IMG/VR virus record: IMGVR_UViG_3300031521_000030
Location: 33,129-97,128 of that record
Source: a virus
DNA: 64,000 nt
Strand: one strand, 5' to 3'
Positions 18,181 to 27,704 of the stretch are shown here, piece by piece. The number at the start of each line of letters is the position of its first letter. Position 1 is the first letter of the stretch. The translations under genes were made by a program, and so were the position numbers. The notes under the pieces are model-generated. The model was given only the letters and a program-made list of their open reading frames with translations, was not told where the DNA came from and made no database searches.

Positions 18181-18479
18181 AGCCAACCAAAAAGCCAGTC
18201 AAGAAGGCCAACGACAAGCACTACCGTTTTTACTACCGGGGCTTGAGGATTGACCCATACCGCATCATGCGGATTTACCGCAACATCCGGGACCCTGAGC
18301 ATCAGCATGCCGTCAAAAAGTTGCTGCGGGCCGGGGAGTCGGATGCCAAAGGTTTGGAGCAGGACATTGATGAGGTGATTATGTCCCTCAACTGCTGGAA
18401 GAAAAACTTGGCCGAGGATGCCAAGGATGCGGCGCGGGCCGCCCGGTTGGCCAAACCAAAGACCCAAGCAGCGGCATGA
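18177..18479 (+). CDS. conserved phage protein (DUF3310-like)
   Basis: IDPYRI...DPEHQHAVKKLLRAG...QDIDEVI. Confidence 0.65.
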   Translation: MKPTKKPVKKANDKHYRFYYRGLRIDPYRIMRIYRNIRDPEHQHAVKKLLRAGESDAKGLEQDIDEVIMSLNCWKKNLAEDAKDAARAARLAKPKTQAAA

Positions 18480-19669
18480 GCGAAGCACCCGACGACTCCG
18501 ACGACATTGTTGCCCACACCGATGGGTCCGGCAACACCACCTCATCCCATGCGGGCTGGGCCTTTAACATTGTCCACGCGGGCCGCATCATTTGCCGCTT
18601 CGGCTTCCGGGCCGGGGCAAGCAATAACGAGGCGGAACTCACGGCGGTTGTCCGGGTGCTTCAATTCGTCCGGCCCTCCAAACACCCGCTTGTCATCTAC
18701 ACCGACAGCGAATACGTGCGGGGGGCCGCCAACGAGTGGTGCGACAATTGGGAGCGCCAAGGTTGGATGACAGGGACGGGCAAGCCGGTGAGCAACGTGG
18801 AACTCATGCAGGAAATGATGAAGCTCCTTCGCTGGCAACGATCCTTCCGGCGGGTTACCATCCATTGGGTGCGCGGCCATGATGGCAACAAGCACAACGA
18901 GATGGCCGATGCCGTCGCTAAGTCAGCCCGTCTATCGCAGACGACCAATTGGCTTGTGCCAACGCACCTCCCCGCATGGGCTAACCCGGTTCTCATGCAA
19001 CAGGCCAACCCAACCATCAAAGCCATTACAGCAAGGGTGAGGCGTCGTATCGGGCCGCCCCCGGAGCCCAATGCAAGGGAGACAATCATCTCTCCCTGCG
19101 GCAAATACCGCTACATCCTTTGGCGGGAATGGGACCCGAGCAAACCCCATGCGGTCTTCGTGGGCCTCAACCCTTCGACGGCAGACGGGGAAAAGGACGA
19201 TGCCACCATTAGACGGTGCGTGGCCTTCGCCAAGCGGTGGGGCTACGGTGCGCTTTGCATGGTCAACCTCTTTGCCTTCCGGGCAACCCTCCCCGGCCAC
19301 ATGCTCGCGGCAGAGGAGCCCATTGGGTTGGACAACGACAAGTGGTTGCTCCAAGCGGTTGAGGGCGCGGGCGTTGTGGTTGCCGCTTGGGGGCCGCCGG
19401 GCGTCCACATGAAGCGGGACCGGGCAGTTATGCAGTTGCTAGAGGGCAAGCTATCCTCCCTCCAACTTAGCAAGCACGGATTCCCCGGCCACCCCCTCTA
19501 CCTAAAGGCTGACCTCACCCCGGTCCCCTTTAACCCGCTGCAACAAGTTGCAGAGAATTGCCCCAATTGCGGTGCCCAATCCATAGGGGGCATCTGCCAA
19601 AACTACGGGTGCGAGGGTGATTTCCATGGAAGGAACACCATTGGCGGGGCAAGCGTCCTTTCTGTTTGA
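18476..19669 (+). CDS. RNase HI fused to DUF1643 domain
   Basis: TDGS, NNEAEL, YTDSEY, WVRGH.G..HNEMAD; then CGKYRY.LWREWD, GLNPSTAD..DD.TIRRC, NLFAFRAT, AAWG, HPLY. Confidence 0.85.
   Translation: MSEAPDDSDDIVAHTDGSGNTTSSHAGWAFNIVHAGRIICRFGFRAGASNNEAELTAVVRVLQFVRPSKHPLVIYTDSEYVRGAANEWCDNWERQGWMTGTGKPVSNVELMQEMMKLLRWQRSFRRVTIHWVRGHDGNKHNEMADAVAKSARLSQTTNWLVPTHLPAWANPVLMQQANPTIKAITARVRRRIGPPPEPNARETIISPCGKYRYILWREWDPSKPHAVFVGLNPSTADGEKDDATIRRCVAFAKRWGYGALCMVNLFAFRATLPGHMLAAEEPIGLDNDKWLLQAVEGAGVVVAAWGPPGVHMKRDRAVMQLLEGKLSSLQLSKHGFPGHPLYLKADLTPVPFNPLQQVAENCPNCGAQSIGGICQNYGCEGDFHGRNTIGGASVLSV
19538..19553. repeat. 16-bp palindrome copy 9, in CDS
   Basis: CTGCAACAAGTTGCAG. Confidence 0.9.
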
Positions 19670-19695
19670 CGGGGACTCTGCCGGTGGATTAGGGT
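19666..19695 (+). promoter_or_regulatory. putative sigma70-type promoter of the head operon
   Basis: TTGACG-N18-TAGGGT, ending 9 nt before the portal ATG. Confidence 0.45.
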
Positions 19696-19704
19696 TGGCG
19701 TCCT

Positions 19705-21348
19705 ATGAGTGAAGCGCCAGCCCCGACCCAAACCCTCACCCACAAATCTACCGCTCGGGTAATCTCCCGAGGGACCTATGATGGGGAATATGGCACCGTC
19801 CTCAAAGCGATGTCCGAATATGCCACCCGGCAAATGGAGGACCCGTTCAAGGATACCTACATTAGCGGGACCGGCCCCGGCAGCGGCTTTGGCATCATTG
19901 CCCCGCCCTACAACCTTTATGAGCTAACCCGGCTCGTTACCCTCTCCAACTGCCTCGGCCAATGTATCGCGGCCATGGCAACCAACATCGAAGGCTTCGG
20001 CTACACGTTGGAGTATATTGGGGCGGAAGGCGCTCAAGAAAGCCCGGTGGCACTAGCTGAGAAGCAGCGCATTGATGATCTCTTTGCCCAACCGAATGGC
20101 GATTATGACTTCACCACTCTGCGCAAGAGGGTGCGGACGGATTTTGAAACCGTAGGCGATGGCTACTTTGAATGCGGGCGGGATGAAAAAGGCAACATTT
20201 CCTTCATCTACCATGTCCCCTCCCAAACCATCCGGCTCACCAAAAAGGAACCGGAGTTCACCACCATTTCCAAGTGGCTCAACCGGGGTGGCAAACTCAC
20301 CGAGGTCAAGATTAAGAAGCGGCTTCGGCGGTTTGTCCAGTTGGTTGGTGCCAAGCGCGTCTATTTCAAAGAGTTTGGCGACCCCCGCGTAATTAGCTCG
20401 GAGACGGGTGAGGTATGCAATGGCCTCCCGCCGGACCAACAAGCCACGGAAATCCTTTGGCTATCCCGCTACGTGACCGGGGAGACATACGGCTTGCCCC
20501 GCCATATCAACAACCTGCCCGCTATCCTTGGCTCCCGCGAAAGCGAGATGACCAATTTGCGGTTCTTTGAGGACAATGCAATCCCCGCGATGGCGGTGTT
20601 GGTTAGCGGCGGCTACTTGACGGAGGAATCCGTAACGGCCATCGAAGGTGCCTTCAATATGAAGGGCCGGGAATCCATGAACCGCGTGCTTGTCTTGGAG
20701 GCCCAAAATAACCAAGACGCCAGCGTTGTGGAGGGTCAAAGCCCCGTCCCGAAGATGGAATTGAAACCCCTAACCGCCGACCGTCAAGGGGATGCACTCT
20801 TCCAAGAATATGACTCCAACAACCAAGCAAAAGTCCGGGGCAGTTTTCGCCTCCCACAAATCTTGGTTGGGCGCTCCGATGACTATAACCGCGCAACCGC
20901 CGAGGCCGCATTAGACACCGCCGAGCAACAGGTGTTCGGGCCGGAGCGCAACGAGGTGGATAATGCCATCAACCAGAAGCTCCTTTTGTTTGAGGGGAAG
21001 CCAACGGTGTTCTGGCGGTTCCGCTCAAACCCCGCCCGCTTGGTTGCCAACGATGTCAAATTGGCCAGCATTGAGAAACTCGACAAAGCCGGGGCCATGA
21101 CCCCCAACCTTGCCATCGAAATGTCCAACGAGATGTTCGATAGGCACACTGAGAAGATCAAGGAACCGTGGGGCGATATGCCCTTCGCATTCATCACGGC
21201 GCTCATTGCAGCGGGCAAGCTCAAACCAAAGGGCCTTCCTAGCCCGGAGGAACTCGCGGGGAGTCTCTCCTCGTCAACAATGGAGGTGCCACCCGCCCCC
21301 GTTGAGCCCGCAGCCAAACCAGCAAAAAAGCCAAAGCCAGCCAAATAA
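19705..21348 (+). CDS. portal protein (PBSX family)
   Basis: GDGYFEC.RD, FKEFGDPR, YGLPR, FFEDNAIP, FRLPQILVG..DYNRATA. Confidence 0.9.
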   Translation: MSEAPAPTQTLTHKSTARVISRGTYDGEYGTVLKAMSEYATRQMEDPFKDTYISGTGPGSGFGIIAPPYNLYELTRLVTLSNCLGQCIAAMATNIEGFGYTLEYIGAEGAQESPVALAEKQRIDDLFAQPNGDYDFTTLRKRVRTDFETVGDGYFECGRDEKGNISFIYHVPSQTIRLTKKEPEFTTISKWLNRGGKLTEVKIKKRLRRFVQLVGAKRVYFKEFGDPRVISSETGEVCNGLPPDQQATEILWLSRYVTGETYGLPRHINNLPAILGSRESEMTNLRFFEDNAIPAMAVLVSGGYLTEESVTAIEGAFNMKGRESMNRVLVLEAQNNQDASVVEGQSPVPKMELKPLTADRQGDALFQEYDSNNQAKVRGSFRLPQILVGRSDDYNRATAEAALDTAEQQVFGPERNEVDNAINQKLLLFEGKPTVFWRFRSNPARLVANDVKLASIEKLDKAGAMTPNLAIEMSNEMFDRHTEKIKEPWGDMPFAFITALIAAGKLKPKGLPSPEELAGSLSSSTMEVPPAPVEPAAKPAKKPKPAK

Positions 21349-21349
21349 C

Positions 21350-22297
21350 ATGACCGCCAAACAACTCGCTCCCTACCTCGACCGGGTTAGCAAGGTGGAA
21401 CTCCCGCCTACAACGTGCGGTTGTGCCCATTGCATGAAGGCGGCCAAGCAACCCGGTGGGGAAACCGTCCCCAAGGATGACCATTTCATCAAGGAGGAGC
21501 TTGCCCTTGCCGCCTTATTGCTGGCCTTGTGGGAAGCCGCTGTGGCTTCGACGGGCATTGAAGCGACCATCAAGGCTGCCGGGGCTACGCGCAACGTCAA
21601 CGTGATTGACACCACATTGGAAAACGCCGACGAGGACATGGCCAAGGCAACCTTCACCGATGAGGGTAAAAAGGAATCGGAGGATACCCTCCACAAGTCC
21701 TTTATGGTTGGCTTCCTATTGGCCGGGGCCGCTGCCGCTGCTGCCGCTCGCATGGCCGCCTCCATTAAGCGCACCCTCTTTGGCTACAACTCTCAGGTCG
21801 GCTATTGGACCAACCATTACTTCGCCCGCATCGCGCACCCGGCTCTTATGGAGGCCGTGCTTGCCGATGGGGTTAGCATCACCGGCACAAATGATTTGGA
21901 GGCCGTGCTAGAGGCGGTCATGGCGAGGGTTATCAAAGGCACCGAGGTTTATTGGCGCATCGTGGCCAACCAAACAATGAGCCGGGCGCACCATTATGGC
22001 ATCCTTCGCGGGGCGCAAGAGCAAGGGAAGCTGGGCTACCGCCTTGTGGCCGTTATTGATCTTCGCACCACCGACCTTTGCCGAGGGTTAGACGGGAAGG
22101 AGTTTTGGGTTGCCGATGCCATTGAGCATCTGGAACGGGTTGCAGAAACCGACCCCGCCGACATCGGCAAGGTTGCCCCATGGGTCAAGTGGGATGATGT
22201 AAAGGGCAAGTCGAACGCTGAGTTGTCATCCTTGGGGGTGCTTTGCCCTCCCTTCCATAGTTTTTGTCGGACGACGCTTGTAGCGTTCTCGACTTGA
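21350..22297 (+). CDS. minor head/head morphogenesis protein (SPP1 gp7/Mu gpF-like)
   Basis: AVIDLRTTDLCRGLDGK and PPFHSFCRT motifs. Confidence 0.85.
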   Translation: MTAKQLAPYLDRVSKVELPPTTCGCAHCMKAAKQPGGETVPKDDHFIKEELALAALLLALWEAAVASTGIEATIKAAGATRNVNVIDTTLENADEDMAKATFTDEGKKESEDTLHKSFMVGFLLAGAAAAAAARMAASIKRTLFGYNSQVGYWTNHYFARIAHPALMEAVLADGVSITGTNDLEAVLEAVMARVIKGTEVYWRIVANQTMSRAHHYGILRGAQEQGKLGYRLVAVIDLRTTDLCRGLDGKEFWVADAIEHLERVAETDPADIGKVAPWVKWDDVKGKSNAELSSLGVLCPPFHSFCRTTLVAFST

Positions 22298-22329
22298 CAA
22301 CATGGATGGGGTAGGGCATTATTTGCCGC

Positions 22330-23013
22330 ATGTTCAAACTACCCCTTCGCCGTAGGAAAAAGCTCTGTGGAAGACACTCCCTTGTTGATTTGGCTGATTT
22401 GGGTATAATCCTCAATACGGCTACAAATTGGGCTCTGTCTGACCATGGTTACGCCGTGGCCACAATAGGGACCCGCATGCTTTACCTGCACCGTCTATTG
22501 ATGGGGGACATCGTTGAGGGAAAACAGGTTGACCACATCAATGGGGACAAGCTGGACAACCGCCGGGAGAATCTTCGGGTATGCACGGCAAGGGAAAACC
22601 AAGCCAACACGGCCAAGCAAGCCCGCCCAACCTACTCAAAGTTCAAGGGGGTTTGCCAATCGGCGGGCCATTGGCGGGCATATATTGCAACATCGGATAA
22701 GCAGACCCACCTTGGCAGCTTTGCAACCGAAGGGGAGGCGGCCTATGCCTACAACCTTGCTGCCATAGAACGCTTCGGAGCATTTGCAAAATTAAACGAT
22801 GTTCCCGAGGTTCCTCTCAACCGCCTCGACAATAGGCAACCGGGGGCAACCGGCTTCAAAGGGGTAAAGGCACGCACAAATGGGACGTTCATTGCGCGTG
22901 CTAAAGTTAAGGGCAAGGAGGTTCATATTGGGACATTCCCAACCGCAGAGGGGGCAAGCAGAGCCCGCGCCCGCTACATTGGCCGGACAACATTGGTCCC
23001 CTTCACAACCTAA
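22330..23013 (+). CDS. HNH homing endonuclease with two AP2 domains
   Basis: LHRLLM...VDHINGDKLDNRRENLR; SKFKGV..WRA...HLGSF...AA.AYN; own promoter TTGACA-N17-CATTAT at 22294-22322. Confidence 0.9.
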   Translation: MFKLPLRRRKKLCGRHSLVDLADLGIILNTATNWALSDHGYAVATIGTRMLYLHRLLMGDIVEGKQVDHINGDKLDNRRENLRVCTARENQANTAKQARPTYSKFKGVCQSAGHWRAYIATSDKQTHLGSFATEGEAAYAYNLAAIERFGAFAKLNDVPEVPLNRLDNRQPGATGFKGVKARTNGTFIARAKVKGKEVHIGTFPTAEGASRARARYIGRTTLVPFTT

Positions 23014-23016
23014 TCT

Positions 23017-23032
23017 CTGCAACAAGTTGCAG
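23017..23032. repeat. 16-bp palindrome copy 10
   Basis: CTGCAACAAGTTGCAG, intergenic. Confidence 0.9.
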
Positions 23033-23074
23033 TTTTGACTTGCCGTGGATTGTGACCATGAGATGAGTCCGTCC

Positions 23075-23608
23075 ATGTTCCGTGTTTGCAAAACCGACGA
23101 CGACCAGCAGATTGCCCCCATCGTGGGGCACCCCAATTATTTTGTGGGCTCTGATGGTCGCGTCTATTCCTGTGCCCCACTGAATGGCCGGGGAGCACCT
23201 CTCCCCTTCTCAAGCAAACGAGAGCTACTCATCCAGCACACCCCCAAGGGTTATTGCACCATAATGGTTGACCGGAAGACTGTGGCGGTCCATTCCCTTG
23301 TTCTTAACCACTTCGTTGGGTCCCCTAAAGAGGGCCAACAATGCCGCCACTTGAATGGCAACAAGGACGATAATGCCATGGGGAATCTTGCATGGGGCTC
23401 CGGGCTGGATCAGCACAATGACCGCGTGCGGCATGGGACAGCACTCATGGGAGTTAGGCACCCCCAAGCAGTTCTGGACCAGATCAAAGTTTGCCTTGTT
23501 CGTCGCCTTCGTGCTCGGAAGTGGTCCCTTCGGGAAATTGCAAAGGCCCTTGGGGTAAGCACTACTCCTATTCGCCATGTTTTCAACGGGGGGTATGCCC
23601 ATGTTTAA
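23075..23608 (+). CDS. NUMOD4-HNH homing endonuclease carrying the original protease N-terminus
   Basis: YFVGSDGRVYS; VHSLVLNHFVG...CRHLNGNKDDN...NLAWG; C-terminal HTH. Confidence 0.88.
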   Translation: MFRVCKTDDDQQIAPIVGHPNYFVGSDGRVYSCAPLNGRGAPLPFSSKRELLIQHTPKGYCTIMVDRKTVAVHSLVLNHFVGSPKEGQQCRHLNGNKDDNAMGNLAWGSGLDQHNDRVRHGTALMGVRHPQAVLDQIKVCLVRRLRARKWSLREIAKALGVSTTPIRHVFNGGYAHV

Positions 23609-24158
23609 GGTCTGCAAAATGGATGACGATCAGCAAATCGTCGAAGGCGAAGTCTATGCCCCCAATACTCTCGACACCCATGGCGAGATGATGACGGCGG
23701 ATGCGGTGGAGACTATTTGCCACCGCTTCATGCAAATCCACTCCCTCAAGGAGACGATTGATACGCAGCACAACAATCTTCCCGCCGAATGCTACCCCAT
23801 TGAATCCTTCATTGCCCGCAAAGGCGACCCGGACTATACCGAGGGCGCATGGGTGCTGGCCGTTAAGGTAGAGGACCCAACTTTGTGGGCCTCCGTTAAA
23901 AAGGGGGAACTCAATGGCTTCTCCTTCGAGGCATACGTGAGCAAGCAGCAAGCGATTGTCGAGTTGCAGGTTTTCCCCCAGAGCATAGGGGAAACGGAGG
24001 AGGCCGAGGGCCATGCTCACTTCTTCATTGCCGAGTTGAATGCCGATGGGAAAGTTGTTTCCGGGCGCACAAGCGAGGCCGCCGGACACTCCCACATGAT
24101 AACCAAGGGCACCGCCACGTTGGAAAGTGCTGGACATGCCCATCGTTTTGTCGTCTAA
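23601..24158 (+). CDS. prohead protease (XkdF-like)
   Basis: GEVYAP..LDTHGE, IDTQH, IESFIA, GAWVL, GELNGFSFE. Confidence 0.88.
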   Translation: MFKVCKMDDDQQIVEGEVYAPNTLDTHGEMMTADAVETICHRFMQIHSLKETIDTQHNNLPAECYPIESFIARKGDPDYTEGAWVLAVKVEDPTLWASVKKGELNGFSFEAYVSKQQAIVELQVFPQSIGETEEAEGHAHFFIAELNADGKVVSGRTSEAAGHSHMITKGTATLESAGHAHRFVV

Positions 24159-24165
24159 CAAGATT

Positions 24166-25626
24166 ATGACTCGCAACCCCATCACCGTCCAAAAGGTCGT
24201 CACCCTTCTATCCGACGCGCATCCAACTTTCGTCTCTCTTGTTGGGCATGGGGCTAATCAGACCCCTTTCAAGTCCGTCAAGGTAGCCGAGCTTCCACAA
24301 ACTCAACCCATTGCAGACACCACTATGAGCAAACCCGCCGAACCCGTTACCAAGGGCGCAGTCGGGGCACCGCCAGCCGGAACCGAGATCAATAAGATCG
24401 TGTTCGCGGGTGAGCAGTTCCCGACCGATGCCGCCGTCACTACCTACCTTACCGCCAAGGGTTATTCCAACTTCGCCGTCGAGGCCGTGGATAGCAGCTT
24501 CGTGGTAAAGGCCATGGACGAAAACGCATTTGAATCCATCACGCCAATTGCGGCTACGGATGCGGGTGTTACCTTTTTTGTCGGTAAACTGGCCGCCGGG
24601 GCCGATCCCATTGCCACAGCCGTTATTGCCGCCCCCGTGGTTGCAACCAAGGCCGAGGTTCCCGTTGTCGTTGTCGCCCGCGAGCGCACGAAGGTTAGCA
24701 AGGCCGAGGTTCGCCGCAACCAGTTCAAGGTTACCAAAGCCGACGAAACCCCGGACCAACTCGTCCAGAAGTATTGCGACTATTATTGCTGCTGCGGGCC
24801 GGAGGTTGGGGAGCTAACGCTTGCCGACGCCATCGCCGATGTCAATTGCGGTCTGCCAGTTGGGTATTGGGATGTCAATGATGCCTTCCGCCAAGCCCTC
24901 CGCAACCGCATCCTCACCGGGGACGTTGCTGGCATTGCTGCCCTTGCAACTCAATTTGGTGAAATACTTGTCAAACTCTGCAACATCTGTTCCACTACCA
25001 CCATGAAATCCGAAGACAACCAAGCCGCTATCGACGCACTCCTCCCGAGCCGCAAGGACTTCGGAACGCAGGTGCCCAAAGTTGTAGCCATCCCCGCCGG
25101 GACAACTGACCCAATCATTGCGCAGCCCGGCACCATCCCGGCAACCCCCGGCACGATTGCCCTGCCAACCGGCGGCAACACCCTGCCCGTTATTAGCCAA
25201 CCCGGAACCATTCCGGCGGTTGTAGCTGGCGCGGTTGTAGTCCCCGGCGGTGCGGGCTCCCCGGCGGAACCCTTGGCCCAACCCGGAACTCTTCCCGCCG
25301 TGCCCGGTGCGGTAACTTTGCCAACCGGCACCGTGCCCGTTGTGCCCTCCGACCTTGGCTCCCTAGCCACGGCGATGACCACTTTGCAGAATACGCTGAA
25401 CACCCTCATCCAAGGGCAAACATCCCTCGCAACCAAAAGCGACATTTCGGAAGTTTCCGAGAAGGTCACCAAGGCAGAGGGCCGCTTGACCGTGATTGAA
25501 GAGGTCCGGCAGATTCGCAAGAGCGCGGACTCCGACGACGCTACCGTCAACGGGGGCGCTGGCAGCCCTGCGGGGGAAGCCCCGAAGTTGACCAAGACTC
25601 AGAAAAACATTCTTGGCATCCAGTAA
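24166..25626 (+). CDS. probable scaffold protein with QPGT(I/L)PA repeats
   Basis: Lies between protease and MCP; FVSLV..GANQTPF N-terminal motif; low complexity. Confidence 0.7.
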   Translation: MTRNPITVQKVVTLLSDAHPTFVSLVGHGANQTPFKSVKVAELPQTQPIADTTMSKPAEPVTKGAVGAPPAGTEINKIVFAGEQFPTDAAVTTYLTAKGYSNFAVEAVDSSFVVKAMDENAFESITPIAATDAGVTFFVGKLAAGADPIATAVIAAPVVATKAEVPVVVVARERTKVSKAEVRRNQFKVTKADETPDQLVQKYCDYYCCCGPEVGELTLADAIADVNCGLPVGYWDVNDAFRQALRNRILTGDVAGIAALATQFGEILVKLCNICSTTTMKSEDNQAAIDALLPSRKDFGTQVPKVVAIPAGTTDPIIAQPGTIPATPGTIALPTGGNTLPVISQPGTIPAVVAGAVVVPGGAGSPAEPLAQPGTLPAVPGAVTLPTGTVPVVPSDLGSLATAMTTLQNTLNTLIQGQTSLATKSDISEVSEKVTKAEGRLTVIEEVRQIRKSADSDDATVNGGAGSPAGEAPKLTKTQKNILGIQ

Positions 25627-25695
25627 GGCGAACCCAAAGGAAAACCAAAACCCTCGCAAGAGGTAACGCAAACCAAAACTAACCCAGCAAATAAT

Positions 25696-26613
25696 ATGTC
25701 TCAGGAACTCATTCAACGTGCGGATTTGGTCTTGGCGAACCTGCAAACCAACGGCGGTATCCTTAACCCGGAACAAGCCGACCGTTTCATTCAGGTCCTC
25801 GTCGATGAACCCACCATCCTCAATGTCGCTCGCACCGTCACCATGGCGGGGCCAACGATGGAACTCAACAAGATCGGCTTCGGTTCGCGCATCATGCGTG
25901 CTGCCGTTGAAAACACCCGCCTTGCGGCTGCTGATCGCGTTAAGCCAACCACAAGCAAGGTTTCCCTCGCCACGAAGGAAGTCATCGCTGAAATCCTTCT
26001 GCCTTACGCGGTGTTGGAAGACAACATCGAAAAGGGCAATCTGGAAAACACCATCCTCACCCTGATCGCTAAGCGTGCGGCCACCGACTTCGAAGAGTTG
26101 GTTATCCTCGGCGACCAGTCGCTTGCAGGGACCGACCCTTACCTTGGGTTGCTGGACGGCGTTGTGAAGCGCATCACGGCCCATGAGGTCGATGCACTCA
26201 CCACCGGCATTTCGGCCAACACCTTCAACAACGCCCTCAAGGCGCTGCCGAAGAAATACCGCCGGAACAAAAACCTGCTCAAGTTCCTCTTGGGTTCGGA
26301 CGCCGAACAGGATTGGCGCAACAAGATCGCTGCCCGGCAGACCATTCTTGGTGATAGCACCTTGGTTGGCTCCGCTCCAAGCACGGTCCACGGCGTTGGC
26401 ATTCTGCCCGCAGCCCTGATGCCTGATGGCGTTGGTATCCTTACCAACCCGCAGAACATCATCATCGGTATCCAGCGGAATTTCCGCTTGGAGTCCTTCC
26501 GCATGATCGGCGAGCGCCAGTATCAAATCGTTCTGACCGCCCGCGTGGATGTCCAGATCGAGGAGACGGATGCCGCCGTCAAGATCGTCAACTTCGAGGA
26601 CATCGAAGCGTAA
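25696..26613 (+). CDS. major capsid protein (HK97 fold, XkdG-like)
   Basis: NGGILNPEQADRFI, LEDNIEK, DFEELVILGD, ILTNPQN, EETDAAV. Confidence 0.92.
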   Translation: MSQELIQRADLVLANLQTNGGILNPEQADRFIQVLVDEPTILNVARTVTMAGPTMELNKIGFGSRIMRAAVENTRLAAADRVKPTTSKVSLATKEVIAEILLPYAVLEDNIEKGNLENTILTLIAKRAATDFEELVILGDQSLAGTDPYLGLLDGVVKRITAHEVDALTTGISANTFNNALKALPKKYRRNKNLLKFLLGSDAEQDWRNKIAARQTILGDSTLVGSAPSTVHGVGILPAALMPDGVGILTNPQNIIIGIQRNFRLESFRMIGERQYQIVLTARVDVQIEETDAAVKIVNFEDIEA

Positions 26614-26698
26614 GCCATAGGGCAAGACCACTCATGCCCCTTCCCTTTAACCGGGGGAGGGGCCTTCAACCAAAGCAGCACGCAACTCATTTATTTTT

Positions 26699-26983
26699 AT
26701 GGCCGAAGACATTGCATCCACCGACGAAACCCCCGCCCCCAAAGTGGCTGGGCTCACCGCAACCCTCGTCTACGGGGAAACCTACTACCTTGGTAACAAA
26801 CGCTTCGAGGTCAAAAAGCCCGTATCCGTTACCGAAGCAGAGGCCGCAGCCCTCAAGCCGAAGGTTGTCTCGCGCACCATCATTGATGGGGACAAGCGGG
26901 ACTCCATTGACACCCCTCGCTTCAAAATCGAAGGGTCTGCCCCGGCGGCCCCTCGCGCACGCGCCCCTCGCGCAACCGCCTAA
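26699..26983 (+). CDS. YqbF-like capsid-adjacent protein
   Basis: LVYGETYY...RFE...PVSVTE. Confidence 0.55.
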   Translation: MAEDIASTDETPAPKVAGLTATLVYGETYYLGNKRFEVKKPVSVTEAEAAALKPKVVSRTIIDGDKRDSIDTPRFKIEGSAPAAPRARAPRATA

Positions 26984-26986
26984 TCG

Positions 26987-27002
26987 CTGCAACTTGTTGC
27001 AC
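26987..27002. repeat. 16-bp palindrome copy 11
   Basis: CTGCAACTTGTTGCAC, intergenic. Confidence 0.9.
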
Positions 27003-27014
27003 CACTCATAACCT

Positions 27015-27704
27015 ATGCGTTCCCGTATTATTACCCCACCGGCCTCCGAGCCCATAACGCTCGATGAGGCGAAGGAGTATTTGCGGGTTACGCATGGGCA
27101 TGAGGACGCGACCATTACCCGGCAAATCCGGGCGGCCCGCGTGGCTTGCGAGCACCAAGCGCGTATGTCCTTTGTCACCCAAACGTGGGAGACTTCCTAT
27201 ACCATTCCCAAAGCGGTTATCCGCCCTCTATTGATGCCCTCAAGCATCTCCGACCCCGATGGTGTTTTGGGTGGTTTGCGGGTTATGCACAAGCCCGCTG
27301 CATCCGTTGTGAGCGTCTCGGCACTATGCCGGGGCAAGGCCCCAACGGTTGTCCCGGACACCGAGTATGTCCTTGACCTTGGGACGCAGAGGATCGAATG
27401 GGCTAACCGGCAAAACCTCTGCCAAGGTTATTTGAATGGCAACGACATTGTGCTTGCCCAATATGTTACGGGCTATTCGGTGGAGGACTTGAACCTCATC
27501 CACCCAAGCATCGTCGAGGCCATCTATATCGTTCTCAGCAACTTGTATGAGAACAAGGGCCTAAGCAGCCAAGTCTTGCCTCCAACGGCAATCGAACTTC
27601 TGGCCCCTTATTGGACCTCACCAACTTTCGACAAAACCCCAACCCCGGAGCAACCCTCTTATGAAATTTGGTCGCAAGGTCGTTGGTTTGACCAGTCGCA
27701 ATAG
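27015..27704 (+). CDS. head-tail connector (HK97 gp6-like)
   Basis: EPITLDEAKEYLRV...ED..I...I.AAR; AI...LYEN. Confidence 0.85.
   Translation: MRSRIITPPASEPITLDEAKEYLRVTHGHEDATITRQIRAARVACEHQARMSFVTQTWETSYTIPKAVIRPLLMPSSISDPDGVLGGLRVMHKPAASVVSVSALCRGKAPTVVPDTEYVLDLGTQRIEWANRQNLCQGYLNGNDIVLAQYVTGYSVEDLNLIHPSIVEAIYIVLSNLYENKGLSSQVLPPTAIELLAPYWTSPTFDKTPTPEQPSYEIWSQGRWFDQSQ

Noticed and set aside
22298-23608. Group I introns or inteins housing the endonucleases
   Set aside because: Nuclease ORFs fill nearly all the inserted DNA, leaving no room for a ribozyme core. There are no intein terminal motifs, and host genes are complete without splicing.
25363-26631. Long minus-strand ORFs (for example 422 aa opposite the capsid gene, 362 aa at 46062-47150 opposite the sheath)
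   Set aside because: Antisense shadows of well-supported + strand genes in GC-rich DNA; no recognisable motifs.
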